A stretch of 61,427 nt of DNA, the filler included. It is 7 parts of 7 records of this genome, joined end to end, with 100 filler letters (N's around TTAATTAATTAA, not from the genome) between each part and the next. Parts side by side here need not be neighbours in the genome. Positions count along the whole stretch, not along the records: positions 1 to 18,868 come from SRR31156797_54641; 6 more parts are not named here. The stretch is one strand, 5' to 3'. Each line of letters starts with the position of its first letter. The stretch's first letter is position 1. Of this stretch, positions 8,845 through 18,600 are shown piece by piece. The position numbers were made by a program, and so were the translations under genes. A model generated the notes under the pieces. The model was not told the DNA's origin and did not search any database. It saw nothing but the letters and a program-made list of their open reading frames with translations.

Positions 8845-10209
8845 ATGTTCAGCAGGCTTATCAAGTATATCAATGACCATGAAGAATGGCTTATGGGAAG
8901 AATTCTGGAGTATGCCCGGCAAAGGGATTATACAAAGTATACGTCAACCCTCAAAGAGGCCTGGCGCCTCTCCATTTCCGGATTGTCGGCATCCCTTGAA
9001 GAAGTCCTCCTGGCACGGGGGGAAGAGATGGAGCTCGGCCCTGACGAGGATTACACCCGGGATCCCGCCGCCCAATTCGGAATTGTCGAGGCCCATCGCC
9101 ATCGAAAACGGGGGGTCAGCCTTGATATGTTTCTGGGCCTGATGAAATATTACCACCAGTCCTATCAGGATCTGATCCTGGAATCACGCTTTGATCCTTC
9201 GGAACAACAGCGGTACTCTAATTTGATCAACCGGTTCTTTGACCGGGTGGAAATTGGATTTTGCACAACCTGGGCCGCTTCCGAACAGAAGCAATTGGTG
9301 AGTGAACTGCGGGTCCGAAACCGGGAGATGACCAACGAAAAAAACAAATATCTCACAATATTTGAAAGCTTGTCCATGCCGGTTTTTATTGTGGATACGG
9401 CCGGTAAAATAGAAAACATGAACCATGTCGCCGCCAGTATGCTGAATGCCGGCACACAGCCCGGTGCAACGTACTATGACGATAAGGAATCCCTGTTTCT
9501 CATTGACGCGTTTCCCTGGATGGCGGACCGGTATGAGGCGTTTGTCCGGAGCGACGAGCCCGGTTTTTCCTGTGAGAAATCCCTGGGTGGCGAAGCGCGG
9601 TATTTTTCGGTGTCATGCTCCCGCTCCCTTGATATATCCGGTAAATTCTCCGGGACAATCGTGATTGTAGAAGATATTACAGACCGTAAAAAACTGGAGA
9701 ACGAGTTAGAAAAACTTGCCACCACCGATCCGTTGACTGGCGCAAGAAACAGGCGATCCTTTTTGGAGTTGTTTGAACAGGAGCTGACGCGATCCCACCG
9801 GTATGACCATCCCCTTGCGCTTTTTCTGATGGATATCGATCATTTTAAAAAAATAAATGATACCCATGGACACGATGTCGGAGACAGGGTGTTGAAGCGC
9901 CTGGTTGAAGAATCCCTTGGTATGCTGCGGGATTCCGACCTGTTTGGCCGATGGGGCGGGGAGGAATTCATTGTGTTGCTGCCGGAAACAGGCCTTCACC
10001 GGGCATCAACCGTCGCGGAGAGATTACGGGGCCGTCTGGCCGGGATGCAACTGGACAGCGGCAGTGGCGCCGCAATTCAATTTACCGTGAGCATTGGTCT
10101 TACCGTTGTTAAGGATAAAACCGCATTGATCGATGATATCGTCAAAATAGCGGACAAAGCCCTGTATTTGGCCAAGGAGCAGGGCCGCAACAGGGTTGTT
10201 TTACAATAA
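8845..10209 (+). CDS. Diguanylate cyclase (N-terminal helical RsbRD-like domain, PAS, GGDEF)
   Basis: DPLTG, DIDHFKKINDTHGHDVGD, RDSD I-site, GGEEF, ADKALYLAKEQGRN. Confidence 0.93.
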   Translation: MFSRLIKYINDHEEWLMGRILEYARQRDYTKYTSTLKEAWRLSISGLSASLEEVLLARGEEMELGPDEDYTRDPAAQFGIVEAHRHRKRGVSLDMFLGLMKYYHQSYQDLILESRFDPSEQQRYSNLINRFFDRVEIGFCTTWAASEQKQLVSELRVRNREMTNEKNKYLTIFESLSMPVFIVDTAGKIENMNHVAASMLNAGTQPGATYYDDKESLFLIDAFPWMADRYEAFVRSDEPGFSCEKSLGGEARYFSVSCSRSLDISGKFSGTIVIVEDITDRKKLENELEKLATTDPLTGARNRRSFLELFEQELTRSHRYDHPLALFLMDIDHFKKINDTHGHDVGDRVLKRLVEESLGMLRDSDLFGRWGGEEFIVLLPETGLHRASTVAERLRGRLAGMQLDSGSGAAIQFTVSIGLTVVKDKTALIDDIVKIADKALYLAKEQGRNRVVLQ

Positions 10210-10237
10210 AGAGGGGTCGGGGAGGGTAGGAAAAAAG

Positions 10238-11437
10238 ATGGGTGTTCGCTATAAATTCAACCGCATGGAACTTGCCGGATCGTTCGGCGATCTGGGGACC
10301 CTGCTTCCCCTGGCCATGGGAATGATCATGGTCAATGGCCTGAGCCCATACGGGTTGTTTCTGTCCATCGGGCTGTTCTATATCCTTTCGGGGATCTATT
10401 ATGGTGTGACAGTGCCTGTTCAGCCAATGAAGGTGATTGGCTCCTATGCCATTGCCACTGCCTTGAGTGCTTCCCAGATTACGGCTTCAGGGCTCCTGGT
10501 CGGGCTGTTCCTTTTGGTGATCGGGGGGACCGGCGCCATCACGGTGGTGGGCAGATATATCCCCAAATCCGTGATCCGGGGGGTTCAAATGGCCACCGGC
10601 ACCCTGTTGATGGCCCAGGGCGTCCGGTTCATGGCGGGCAACTCAAAATTTCAACTTCTCCAGGCCGCGGCGGAACCGTACCTGACCCTCCAGAGCGTCG
10701 GGGGCATCCCCATCGGGATCATCATCGGGATCGTCGGCGGCATGATTACGCTTCTGTTCATCGATAACAGGCGATTGCCCGCAGGCATCCTGGTTATCTT
10801 CTACGGCTTTGTCCTGGGGCTGGTCTTTGGCGTCAATGACGGGCTGGGCAGCCTGAGCCCCGGTTTATACCTGCCTGAATTTCTGCCCTTCGGGTTTCCC
10901 TCCGGCGCGGATTTCTCTTTTGCCCTCATGGTGCTTGTGCTGCCGCAACTGCCCATGACACTGGGAAACGCCGTGGTTGCCAATGCGGACCTGTCCAGGG
11001 GGTATTTTGAAGAGGACTCCGGGAAGGTAACCTATCGGGCATTGTGCTTCAGCATGGGCCTGGCCAACCTCTTTTCCTTTTGCGTGGGCGGCATGCCCCT
11101 GTGCCACGGGGCCGGCGGATTGGCCGCCCATTACCGGTTTGGCGCCCGCACCGCCGGGTCCAACCTCATGATCGGGTTGATCTTTGTGCTGCTGGCAATC
11201 TTCCTGGGGCCCCATACCCTGGCGATTGTGAACCTGATTCCGTTTTCCGTGCTGGGCGTGCTCCTGATCTTTGCCGGCAGCCAGCTTGCCCTTACCATCA
11301 TTGACATGACAGAGCGAAATGATCTGTTCGTGATTCTGTTGATGCTGGGCATTACCCTGGCATCAAACCTTGCCATCGGTTTTTGCGTGGGGATCATCCT
11401 CGCATACGCCCTGAAACATGAGAAACTGACTGTCTGA
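10238..11437 (+). CDS. MOT1-family molybdate/sulfate transporter
   Basis: ELAGSFGDLGT, PVPVQPMK-like motif, PLCHGAGGLAAHYRFGART; multiple TM helices. Confidence 0.9.
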   Translation: MGVRYKFNRMELAGSFGDLGTLLPLAMGMIMVNGLSPYGLFLSIGLFYILSGIYYGVTVPVQPMKVIGSYAIATALSASQITASGLLVGLFLLVIGGTGAITVVGRYIPKSVIRGVQMATGTLLMAQGVRFMAGNSKFQLLQAAAEPYLTLQSVGGIPIGIIIGIVGGMITLLFIDNRRLPAGILVIFYGFVLGLVFGVNDGLGSLSPGLYLPEFLPFGFPSGADFSFALMVLVLPQLPMTLGNAVVANADLSRGYFEEDSGKVTYRALCFSMGLANLFSFCVGGMPLCHGAGGLAAHYRFGARTAGSNLMIGLIFVLLAIFLGPHTLAIVNLIPFSVLGVLLIFAGSQLALTIIDMTERNDLFVILLMLGITLASNLAIGFCVGIILAYALKHEKLTV

Positions 11438-12667
11438 TTATGTAAAGGGGGAATCTCCTTCTTTATCGTCTTGGCAGGTCAGGTTCCCTAGCCTTCTGTC
11501 TGTTGCTGGAGCCACACCGGGTGGTTTCTCCTTTTGGCTCCTGTATCTTTTTATCCACAATGCCACGCAGAGAAGAACCACAGGGTCGGTTGTTTCAAAC
11601 GTCCGGCCCGGGAGAAAGAGTTGCGCCGTTTCCAGCAGGGCCGCCCAGACCAGGACGAACAGGGTCGATTGTTTCCAGGGCTTTCCCGTCTCCGCCATGA
11701 GCCATACAAGGCTGCCCAGGAAAAAAAGGGTTTCAAACAGGGCGATGGTGCTTGCAAGGACTGGGTTGGACAGAAAACCGTCAAAGGGCAGGAGGGCGAA
11801 GTCTCCGGCCAGGGCTGAAAACTGAAAGGGCCGGAGTCCGTCAACGGTCAGCATGAGCCATAAAAGCCCCAGGAGCAGGCTTGCCCGTCTGGGAGAGTCC
11901 TTGAGTCCCCCTTGCCAGATCACCATGGCGAATAGTGCCCCGGCGGCCGTGGAAAGGGTTTCCATGCGCCCGTCAACCACTGTCACCAGGAAAAAGGTGA
12001 TCATAACCGTGGCCATGCAGCGGCTTGTTTTCAGCGCCTGCTGTCGTGCTGATGAGATCATGTGGAAAAAGAGGGACCAGGCCACTGAGGCTTGGGCAAA
12101 CCCATGGAAAGAAACATGGGGGGAGAGAAAATGGTTCTTGATGGAATGGGTCAGATCGGGTAAGTGGGGGTAGGGTATCACAGGAACGATCCGTGAGATG
12201 ATCCAGCAGGCGCCGATGACGAGGGGGGCCGTAAGCCAGAGTTCATTGGACCTTCGGCCGCCGATAAACCTGAGGCGGTCCAGGTTGCCCATGACGCTGC
12301 CAACAAGGATACCAAGGGTTGCAGCGGCCACCGTTGCCATGGATGGCACCCTTGTGTAGATGAAAAGGTGGGACCACTGGAGACAGAGTTCCATCAAACA
12401 ACCTGTTCCCACGAGCTTGGCCACAGCCCGGGCATTGTTCGTAATCAGGGCGCGGATGCCGAGAAAGCCGAACATGGCGTATAACATGAAATTGACCACC
12501 AGTTCCCCGGGATCCGTGAAACCGGGACTAAAAATATGTTTTTTTATCTGTTCCAGTACGCTTGAATGGCTGTGGAAATGAAACGGGTAGGTGTTGCTGT
12601 AAACGATGAGAAAGGCAAACACCATGAACAAGAGAAATTCTGTTTTGGCTGTCTGAAATTTTAACAT
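11438..12667 (-). CDS. VanZ-like multi-pass membrane protein
   Basis: YPFHF, VNFMLY..FG, E..Q.F..R and ETAQLFLPGRTFETTD VanZ-type segments, present twice. Confidence 0.7.
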   Translation of the reverse strand: MLKFQTAKTEFLLFMVFAFLIVYSNTYPFHFHSHSSVLEQIKKHIFSPGFTDPGELVVNFMLYAMFGFLGIRALITNNARAVAKLVGTGCLMELCLQWSHLFIYTRVPSMATVAAATLGILVGSVMGNLDRLRFIGGRRSNELWLTAPLVIGACWIISRIVPVIPYPHLPDLTHSIKNHFLSPHVSFHGFAQASVAWSLFFHMISSARQQALKTSRCMATVMITFFLVTVVDGRMETLSTAAGALFAMVIWQGGLKDSPRRASLLLGLLWLMLTVDGLRPFQFSALAGDFALLPFDGFLSNPVLASTIALFETLFFLGSLVWLMAETGKPWKQSTLFVLVWAALLETAQLFLPGRTFETTDPVVLLCVALWIKRYRSQKEKPPGVAPATDRRLGNLTCQDDKEGDSPFT

Positions 12668-12682
12668 GAAGGCAAATAGAGT

Positions 12683-13846
12683 ATGAATACAAGCCGTTGT
12701 CAAGAGAAGAAACCGTGGCCTGTCAATTATTTCAGGGGCATGGTGCTGCTCATGGGGGCCATTTTTCTGATGACGCCTTCCGTGGCAAGGGCCCTTGCCC
12801 CTGACGAGGTCCTTGTGATTGCCAATCGGAACGCTTCCAGCAGTATCGGCCTTGCCCGCTACTACATGGAACAGCGAAAGATCCCCAGGGACAATCTTTT
12901 GATTCTTTGGATCACGGATAAGGAGGTGTGCACCCGGGAGGCGTATCTCAAAAAGGTGGCGGTGCCTGTAAGGCGGTACCTTGAGGGTGAGAAAGGACGA
13001 AAGATTCGGTGCCTGTTGACCATGTACGGCATGCCCCTCACGATTTCACCCCCCGAGCCCAAGGGGGAAGAAAAAGAAGCGTATAAGAAAACAAACGACA
13101 AATGGGCGTCCCTGGATTCGGAACTCACCCTTGTGAGGAGACGGTCCTATCCCCTTGGATTCTGGCTTGCCAATCCGTTTTACTATCCCCTGAGGGACGC
13201 CAAACTGCCGATCAGGAAAAGCGATGTGACCATGGTGTGCCGCCTGGACGGTCCGGATGCCGAAACCGTGAAACGGATGATCAATGACGCCCTCCATGCC
13301 GAGAAGCATGGACTTGGCGGGAACGCTTATTTTGACGCCAGGTGGCCTGATCCCGGTGATGACCGGAAGCTGTCCGGCTACGCCTTGAGCGACAAGCTCA
13401 TCCATCGTGCGGCAAGATCCGTCAGGGAAAGCAAGCTTGCCGAGGTGGTCCTGGATGACGGGGGACGGCTGTTTCAACCCGGGGATTGCCCTAACGCCGC
13501 CCTCTATTGCGGCTGGTACAGCCTTTCCAACTATGTGGATGCCTTTACCTGGAGCCGGGGGGCGGTGGGGTTCCATGTGGCAAGCGGCGAATGCACCACC
13601 CTGAAAAAAAAGGACAGCAACGTGTGGTGCAAGCGGATGCTTGAAGATGGGATTGCCGCCACCGTGGGGCCTGTGGGCGAGCCCTATGTCCAGTCTTTTC
13701 CCAACCCTGAGATCTTTTTCAAGCTCCTTTGCGACGGCTACCTCACCCTGGTGGAAAGCTACTATGTCAGTCTTCCGTTCGTGTCATGGAAAATGGTTCT
13801 TCTGGGTGATCCCCTTTACCGACCCTATAAAAAATTCCGGAAATAA
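12683..13846 (+). CDS. TIGR03790 family secreted protein
   Basis: Signal peptide then ALAPDEVLVIAN, ARYYM..RKIP, ASLDSEL, RLDGP, LYCGWYS, GPVGEPY, GDPLYRP. Confidence 0.88.
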   Translation: MNTSRCQEKKPWPVNYFRGMVLLMGAIFLMTPSVARALAPDEVLVIANRNASSSIGLARYYMEQRKIPRDNLLILWITDKEVCTREAYLKKVAVPVRRYLEGEKGRKIRCLLTMYGMPLTISPPEPKGEEKEAYKKTNDKWASLDSELTLVRRRSYPLGFWLANPFYYPLRDAKLPIRKSDVTMVCRLDGPDAETVKRMINDALHAEKHGLGGNAYFDARWPDPGDDRKLSGYALSDKLIHRAARSVRESKLAEVVLDDGGRLFQPGDCPNAALYCGWYSLSNYVDAFTWSRGAVGFHVASGECTTLKKKDSNVWCKRMLEDGIAATVGPVGEPYVQSFPNPEIFFKLLCDGYLTLVESYYVSLPFVSWKMVLLGDPLYRPYKKFRK

Positions 13847-13895
13847 TCGTTGTGTTTGCCTTATCAAACTGCTAATTACCCTCCCTTGTGAATAA

Positions 13896-13961
13896 GCCCA
13901 TATAATCCTGATAGCCTGGTTCAGGAGTCTCTACCGGATGGCCTTCCATCCGACTATGGGT
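13896..13961 (+). ncRNA. Purine (guanine-type, C74) riboswitch aptamer with variant loops
   Basis: P1 GCCCATA/TATGGGT; J1/2 TAA; P2 TCCTGA/TCAGGA; J2/3 GTCTCTAC; P3 CGGATGG/CCATCCG; J3/1 AC (C74 equivalent at 13954); lies upstream of a purine permease and PRTase. Confidence 0.92.
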
Positions 13962-14060
13962 CATGGCGGTGCTGTTTCTTTACCATGCGGCATTGGCCAG
14001 GGGACTCCTGTTTCTGTTTCTTGGGTGTATGGGTATGAGAAAACATCAAGGAGATTGATA

Positions 14061-15116
14061 ATGGAGTACTTGAAAGATTTGATGGCGGCCCTGAGCGTGA
14101 TTCTCAACGGCCTGCCCCAGGGGCTTCTCGCCCTGTCCTTTGGATTTGCATCCGTGCCCACCGCCCTTGCCTTTGTGGCCGGCGCCGCAGGCTGCCTTTT
14201 TTTCAGCTGTGTCGCCCCCATTTCGTTCCAGGCGGAAACCATCACCCTGGCCGGTACCATGGGAAAAAACATGCGAGAACGCCTCTCAATGATTTTCTTC
14301 GGTGCGGCGGCCATGGCCACCATCGGCGTGTTCGGCTTTTTAGAGCGGATCGTCACCTTTGTGGGACCCGCCATCACCAGCGGCATGATGGCCGGGGTCG
14401 GGATCATGCTCACCAAGGTGGCCATTGACATGGCAACAAAGAACAAGGCCGTGGGCTTCAGCTCCATTGGCGTGGGATTCATCACCTACATGGTGACAAA
14501 AGATCTGGTGTACACCATCACCGTGTCGGTCATGCTCTCGAGTGTCATTGCCATCGCCCTGAAGCAGAAGTCGGACATCGACACCAACGGCACGGAGCGG
14601 CTCAAGCTCCAGAAGCTCATCATCAACCCCTCCGTGGTGCGGGGCGCCCTTGCCATGGTCTGCCTCAACATCGGCGCCAACATCGCCTTTGGCAAGATCA
14701 CCGGGAACATTGCCGGTTCATCGGTCAATGTGGATCACCTGGCCATTTACAGCAGCCTTGCCGACATGGCCTCCTCCCTGTTTGGCGGCGGTCCTGTGGA
14801 GTCGATCATATCGGCCACGGGCAGCGCCCCCCATCCCGTGTTCTCCGGGGTCCTGATGATGTCACTCATGGCGATCATCCTCTTTGCCGGGCTCTTGCCC
14901 AGGATCGGCCGGTTCGTTCCCAGTGAATCCATTGCAGGCTTTCTTTTTGTGCTGGGGGCCATCGTTACCGTGCCCATCAACGCAGCCTCGGCCCTGTCAG
15001 GTGAAGGTTCCGTTGTGGGAGGGGTCACCATGGCCGTGACGGCCATCACGGACCCGTTCCTTGGAATGGTTGCAGGACTTGTGGTAAAATTGTTGGGATC
15101 AATGGCAGGGCTCTAA
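14061..15116 (+). CDS. NCS2/AzgA-like nucleobase permease
   Basis: SD AAGGAG then ATG 14061; NGLPQGL, SFQAETIT and GGGPVESIISAT motifs; highly hydrophobic. Confidence 0.88.
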   Translation: MEYLKDLMAALSVILNGLPQGLLALSFGFASVPTALAFVAGAAGCLFFSCVAPISFQAETITLAGTMGKNMRERLSMIFFGAAAMATIGVFGFLERIVTFVGPAITSGMMAGVGIMLTKVAIDMATKNKAVGFSSIGVGFITYMVTKDLVYTITVSVMLSSVIAIALKQKSDIDTNGTERLKLQKLIINPSVVRGALAMVCLNIGANIAFGKITGNIAGSSVNVDHLAIYSSLADMASSLFGGGPVESIISATGSAPHPVFSGVLMMSLMAIILFAGLLPRIGRFVPSESIAGFLFVLGAIVTVPINAASALSGEGSVVGGVTMAVTAITDPFLGMVAGLVVKLLGSMAGL

Positions 15117-15136
15117 ACTGAAGAAGAGGTGGTGTT

Positions 15137-15685
15137 ATGGAGAAGACATATCGATTGGAAGTGGCAGGGGTGGTTCGGGAACTTCCCATCATTCAGATAA
15201 GTGAAACCCTTTGTATTGCAAGCTTTGTGATCCTCGGGGATACCGGGGTGGTCAAGGCTGCGGCCCCAAAACTGGTGGAACGGCTGCCCGAGGTGGACGT
15301 GATCGTCACCGCCGAGGCCAAGGGCATTCCCCTGGCCCATGAGGTCTCTCACCTTTTGGGCATGGAGCGGTATTATGTGGCAAGAAAGAGCATCAAGGCC
15401 TATATGAAAGATCCGGTGGTGGACGGGGTCAACTCCATCACCACCACGGAGAAGCAGCTGCTTTGCATGGACGGCACCGATGCCGGGGCGATCCGGGGAA
15501 AGCGGGTCGCCATCGTGGACGATGTGATCAGCACAGGGGAATCCCTGGAAGCCCTGGTGCGCCTGGTCAAGGCCGCAGGCGGCATCGTCACGGCCAAGGC
15601 CGCCATCCTGGCCGAAGGAGATGCGGCCCAACGGGATGATATCATCTTCCTTGGGGAGCTGCCGCTCTTTCCCATAGAAAAATAA
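15137..15685 (+). CDS. Purine phosphoribosyltransferase (APRT/Xpt-like, type I PRTase)
   Basis: TAEAKGIPL, ARKS and PRPP-binding VAIVDDVISTGES motifs. Confidence 0.92.
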   Translation: MEKTYRLEVAGVVRELPIIQISETLCIASFVILGDTGVVKAAAPKLVERLPEVDVIVTAEAKGIPLAHEVSHLLGMERYYVARKSIKAYMKDPVVDGVNSITTTEKQLLCMDGTDAGAIRGKRVAIVDDVISTGESLEALVRLVKAAGGIVTAKAAILAEGDAAQRDDIIFLGELPLFPIEK

Positions 15686-15690
15686 AGAAA

Positions 15691-15717
15691 AGGAGCCCGG
15701 TTGCACGCCGGGCTCCT
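15691..15717. terminator. Terminator-like hairpin
   Basis: AGGAGCCCGG-ttgcacg-CCGGGCTCCT directly after the PRTase stop codon. Confidence 0.7.
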
Positions 15718-15860
15718 CCTGAATTCGGTTGTTATTTATAGTCTTTGAAGGAATTTTATGGATCATCCCGTTTTGAACTCTTATCCTTGCTATCTTTCCC
15801 ATCATGTTGTATCGGGAATAAGTATGAAGACTTCGAAATGAATATTTTATTGGAGGCATT

Positions 15861-16628
15861 GTGATGAAAACAGGCGGATGGCTGTTGACAGTGTTTATGT
15901 TTGCCTGTGTTGCATTTTGCCATGCCGGGGAATCGGTTATCATCGTGTCCGATGATTATAGACCGTATACATCATCAAAAAATGGCGGTTCAGGCGTTAT
16001 CCTTGATATTGTGAAACAGGTGTTTGACGAAATTCATATCAAAGCGGTGTTCAAATTTTACCCGTGGAAACGATGTGAGGCAAATGTGGCGAAGGGAAGA
16101 GCCTTTGCAGCGGTTCCATATTTTAAGACCGAGGAGCGGCTGGGAAAATATAATTTTTCTGATCCGGTCATCTATTCTTTCAATCGCTTTTTTTACAATA
16201 AAGATAAATTCCCGAAGGGGTTTGAATGGAACACTCTGGAAGATTTTCGAGGATACACGATGGGCGGTATCATCGGGTACTGGTACATGCCTGCATTCGA
16301 AAGAGCCGAGTTAAGAACCGAGGCCGTTGCCACCGATTTGCAGAATATGAAAAAGCTTATCAATCGGCGGATAGACTTCACAATCCTTGATGAACTGACT
16401 GGAAAGTGGCTGCTCCATGAATATTTTCCCATGGAAACGGGAAAAATCGGAATGCTTGAAAAACCGGAAAGTTTGAAAGAATTTCATTTGCTTATTTCCA
16501 GGACCTACCCCAATACCGACGAGATAACGGAACAATTCAACAACGGATTGAAGATACTTAAGGAAAAAGGCGGTTACATGAAAATCCTGCAGAACTACAA
16601 TATGCCGCCTCATTTTGCTGTGCCTTGA
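15861..16628 (+). CDS. Family-3-type solute-binding protein (orphan)
   Basis: Signal peptide, YRPY, YPWKRC, KTEER, GGIIGYWY, FNNGLKILKEKG. Confidence 0.88.
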   Translation: MMKTGGWLLTVFMFACVAFCHAGESVIIVSDDYRPYTSSKNGGSGVILDIVKQVFDEIHIKAVFKFYPWKRCEANVAKGRAFAAVPYFKTEERLGKYNFSDPVIYSFNRFFYNKDKFPKGFEWNTLEDFRGYTMGGIIGYWYMPAFERAELRTEAVATDLQNMKKLINRRIDFTILDELTGKWLLHEYFPMETGKIGMLEKPESLKEFHLLISRTYPNTDEITEQFNNGLKILKEKGGYMKILQNYNMPPHFAVP

Positions 16629-16733
16629 TCGCCGGCATGCTCATTTTGAAGTACGATAACAATGTGTTGTTTCGTTTCGATTTTTTAGGTGTCCTACACC
16701 ACGACAATGTAATGGATGATATGGGAAGGGACC

Positions 16734-17204
16734 ATGATTGAGAATTTGATTCGAATAAGCGTGGCGAACCTGATATTCTTTTTTTTTATGTCAATGACCG
16801 TTTTTGCCGATGTGAGGGTGCTGGTCATTCCCAAAGGTACAAAGACCACTTTTTGGCAAAAAGTTCATGAAGGCGCGCAACAGGCGGGCAAAGATCTGGA
16901 AGTCCGTGTTATTTTCCGGGGGCCGTATACCGAAGATCAGCACACTGCGCAAAACGAAATCATTGTTGGCTTTGATTTCAACAGGACCATCAGGGATGCA
17001 ATTCTCAGCCATGAAATGGATGCGACCATCGCCCAGAATCCATTTCAGATTGGCTATTTAGGCGTTAAAACGGCTTATCAATTAACTCAAAACGAGGCCG
17101 TGCCCCAAAGGATTAACACCGACACAATACTGATTAACGCCAAGAACTATCAAAATCCTGAAGTGCAGATTATCATCGATTCAAATCTCACCCGGAACGA
17201 TTGA
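16734..17204 (+). pseudogene. Sugar-type (RbsB/LacI-like) periplasmic binding protein with a large in-frame internal deletion
   Basis: The N-terminal VIPKG..FWQKVHEGAQQAG..GP..AQNEII segment joins directly to the C-terminal VGFD..IAQNPFQIGYLGV segment; about half the normal length. Confidence 0.75.
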
Positions 17205-17386
17205 GTCAAGTTTTGTCTTACGCTGTATAAATTTCAAATCACTCATTATCTGTTTGGGAGAAAAAGTCCCGGCGAAAAATGAACGTTCCTTTACATACAT
17301 CATTGTTTTGGGTATGGATTTTTTCTGAAAATATCTGACGCCATACACTGGGCACGTTAAAAAAGGGAATTCCTAAAGGAGTTGAG

Positions 17387-18370
17387 ATGAGAAATGTCTG
17401 GACCGTCGTATGGGCTTTGCTTGTATTGTCTTTCCCTTTAAATCTGGTTGCCGGAGAAAAGAAAATTTTGAACATTGCGTCGTATCATCCTGATTCGTCC
17501 TGGGCTGCTGATTGTGTGGAAGGGATTGAGCGTGTCGTCCGTTCTCAATATCAGATTGAGAATCACTACATGGATACGAAAAGAATTCCTGTTTCAGAAT
17601 TTCAAAAAGCAGCTGATACGGCATGGAAAAAATACACAATTTTCAAACCCGATCTGGTTATGCTTGGGGATGACAATGCCCTGAGACTATTAGGCCCCAG
17701 ACTTGCCGGGACCAAGGTGCCTTTGGTTCATTACGGTATCAACAACAATCCCCGGGTATATTTCAACGGACAAATTCCCGAGAATGTATACGGCGTTCTG
17801 GAACGTCCCCTCATCTTCCCCTTCATTAGATACCTGAAAGACATTATTCCGGGATTAAAAAAAATTCTGGTCATGTTTGATGTCAGTTCTTCAAGCGATG
17901 CTGTAATTGCCGCTACGTTTCACGGAAAGAAGAGCGTATCCTTTAATGAAATCGGTTTTGAACTCAAAGTAAACGGAACTTGGAATGCGTGGCAAGATGC
18001 CTTGATTCGCTCCCAAAATGAATATCAAGCCATCATTATCGTCAATCATTTTACGGTAAAAGATGCTGACGGAAAAACGCTGGGAGAGAAGACCGTTATC
18101 AGAAAGGCTTCCCTTGTTTCACCTTTGCCGATTTTTGCTACCAATAATTTTGCTGTTCATTCGCAAGGTGCCGTCGGAGCATTGGTAATCGTTGGACAGG
18201 ATCACGGGGAAACCGCGGGAAGGTTGGCCGAAGATATTTTGAAGGGAAAATTAAATATTACTAAACATATTATCCAGAAATCCGGACAACTTTATTTCAA
18301 CAAGGAACAATTAGACAGATTCAATCTGAAGTTACCACGGAAGATTGAAAAGACGGTGGTCTTTCAATAA
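17387..18370 (+). CDS. ABC-type substrate-binding protein (ABC_sub_bind-like)
   Basis: Signal peptide; SYHP..W, YMDTKR, GDDNAL, GINNNPR and GVLERP motifs; SD AGGAG. Confidence 0.85.
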   Translation: MRNVWTVVWALLVLSFPLNLVAGEKKILNIASYHPDSSWAADCVEGIERVVRSQYQIENHYMDTKRIPVSEFQKAADTAWKKYTIFKPDLVMLGDDNALRLLGPRLAGTKVPLVHYGINNNPRVYFNGQIPENVYGVLERPLIFPFIRYLKDIIPGLKKILVMFDVSSSSDAVIAATFHGKKSVSFNEIGFELKVNGTWNAWQDALIRSQNEYQAIIIVNHFTVKDADGKTLGEKTVIRKASLVSPLPIFATNNFAVHSQGAVGALVIVGQDHGETAGRLAEDILKGKLNITKHIIQKSGQLYFNKEQLDRFNLKLPRKIEKTVVFQ

Positions 18371-18600
18371 GGGGGCTCTTCACTCCATCCGGCACCTTTG
18401 GTTTTGAGGTCAATCCCTTCCTGTTTTAAAGGCGGTTCGTTCCCCCCGATCCTTCCAGTATTGAGAATCAAATGGACTTCAGGGGGGACGCTTGTTAATA
18501 TGCATGAAATGCAGGTTCGTTTTTTCAACCCGAAAAGAGCATTGGGTACAATGACGAAGACCCAATTTATTAAATCGTTCCTTCTTCCAGGGGACTCCGG

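Noticed and set aside
13938-14060. N-terminal extension of the permease ORF
   Set aside because: Runs through the riboswitch; the SD-supported start is ATG 14061
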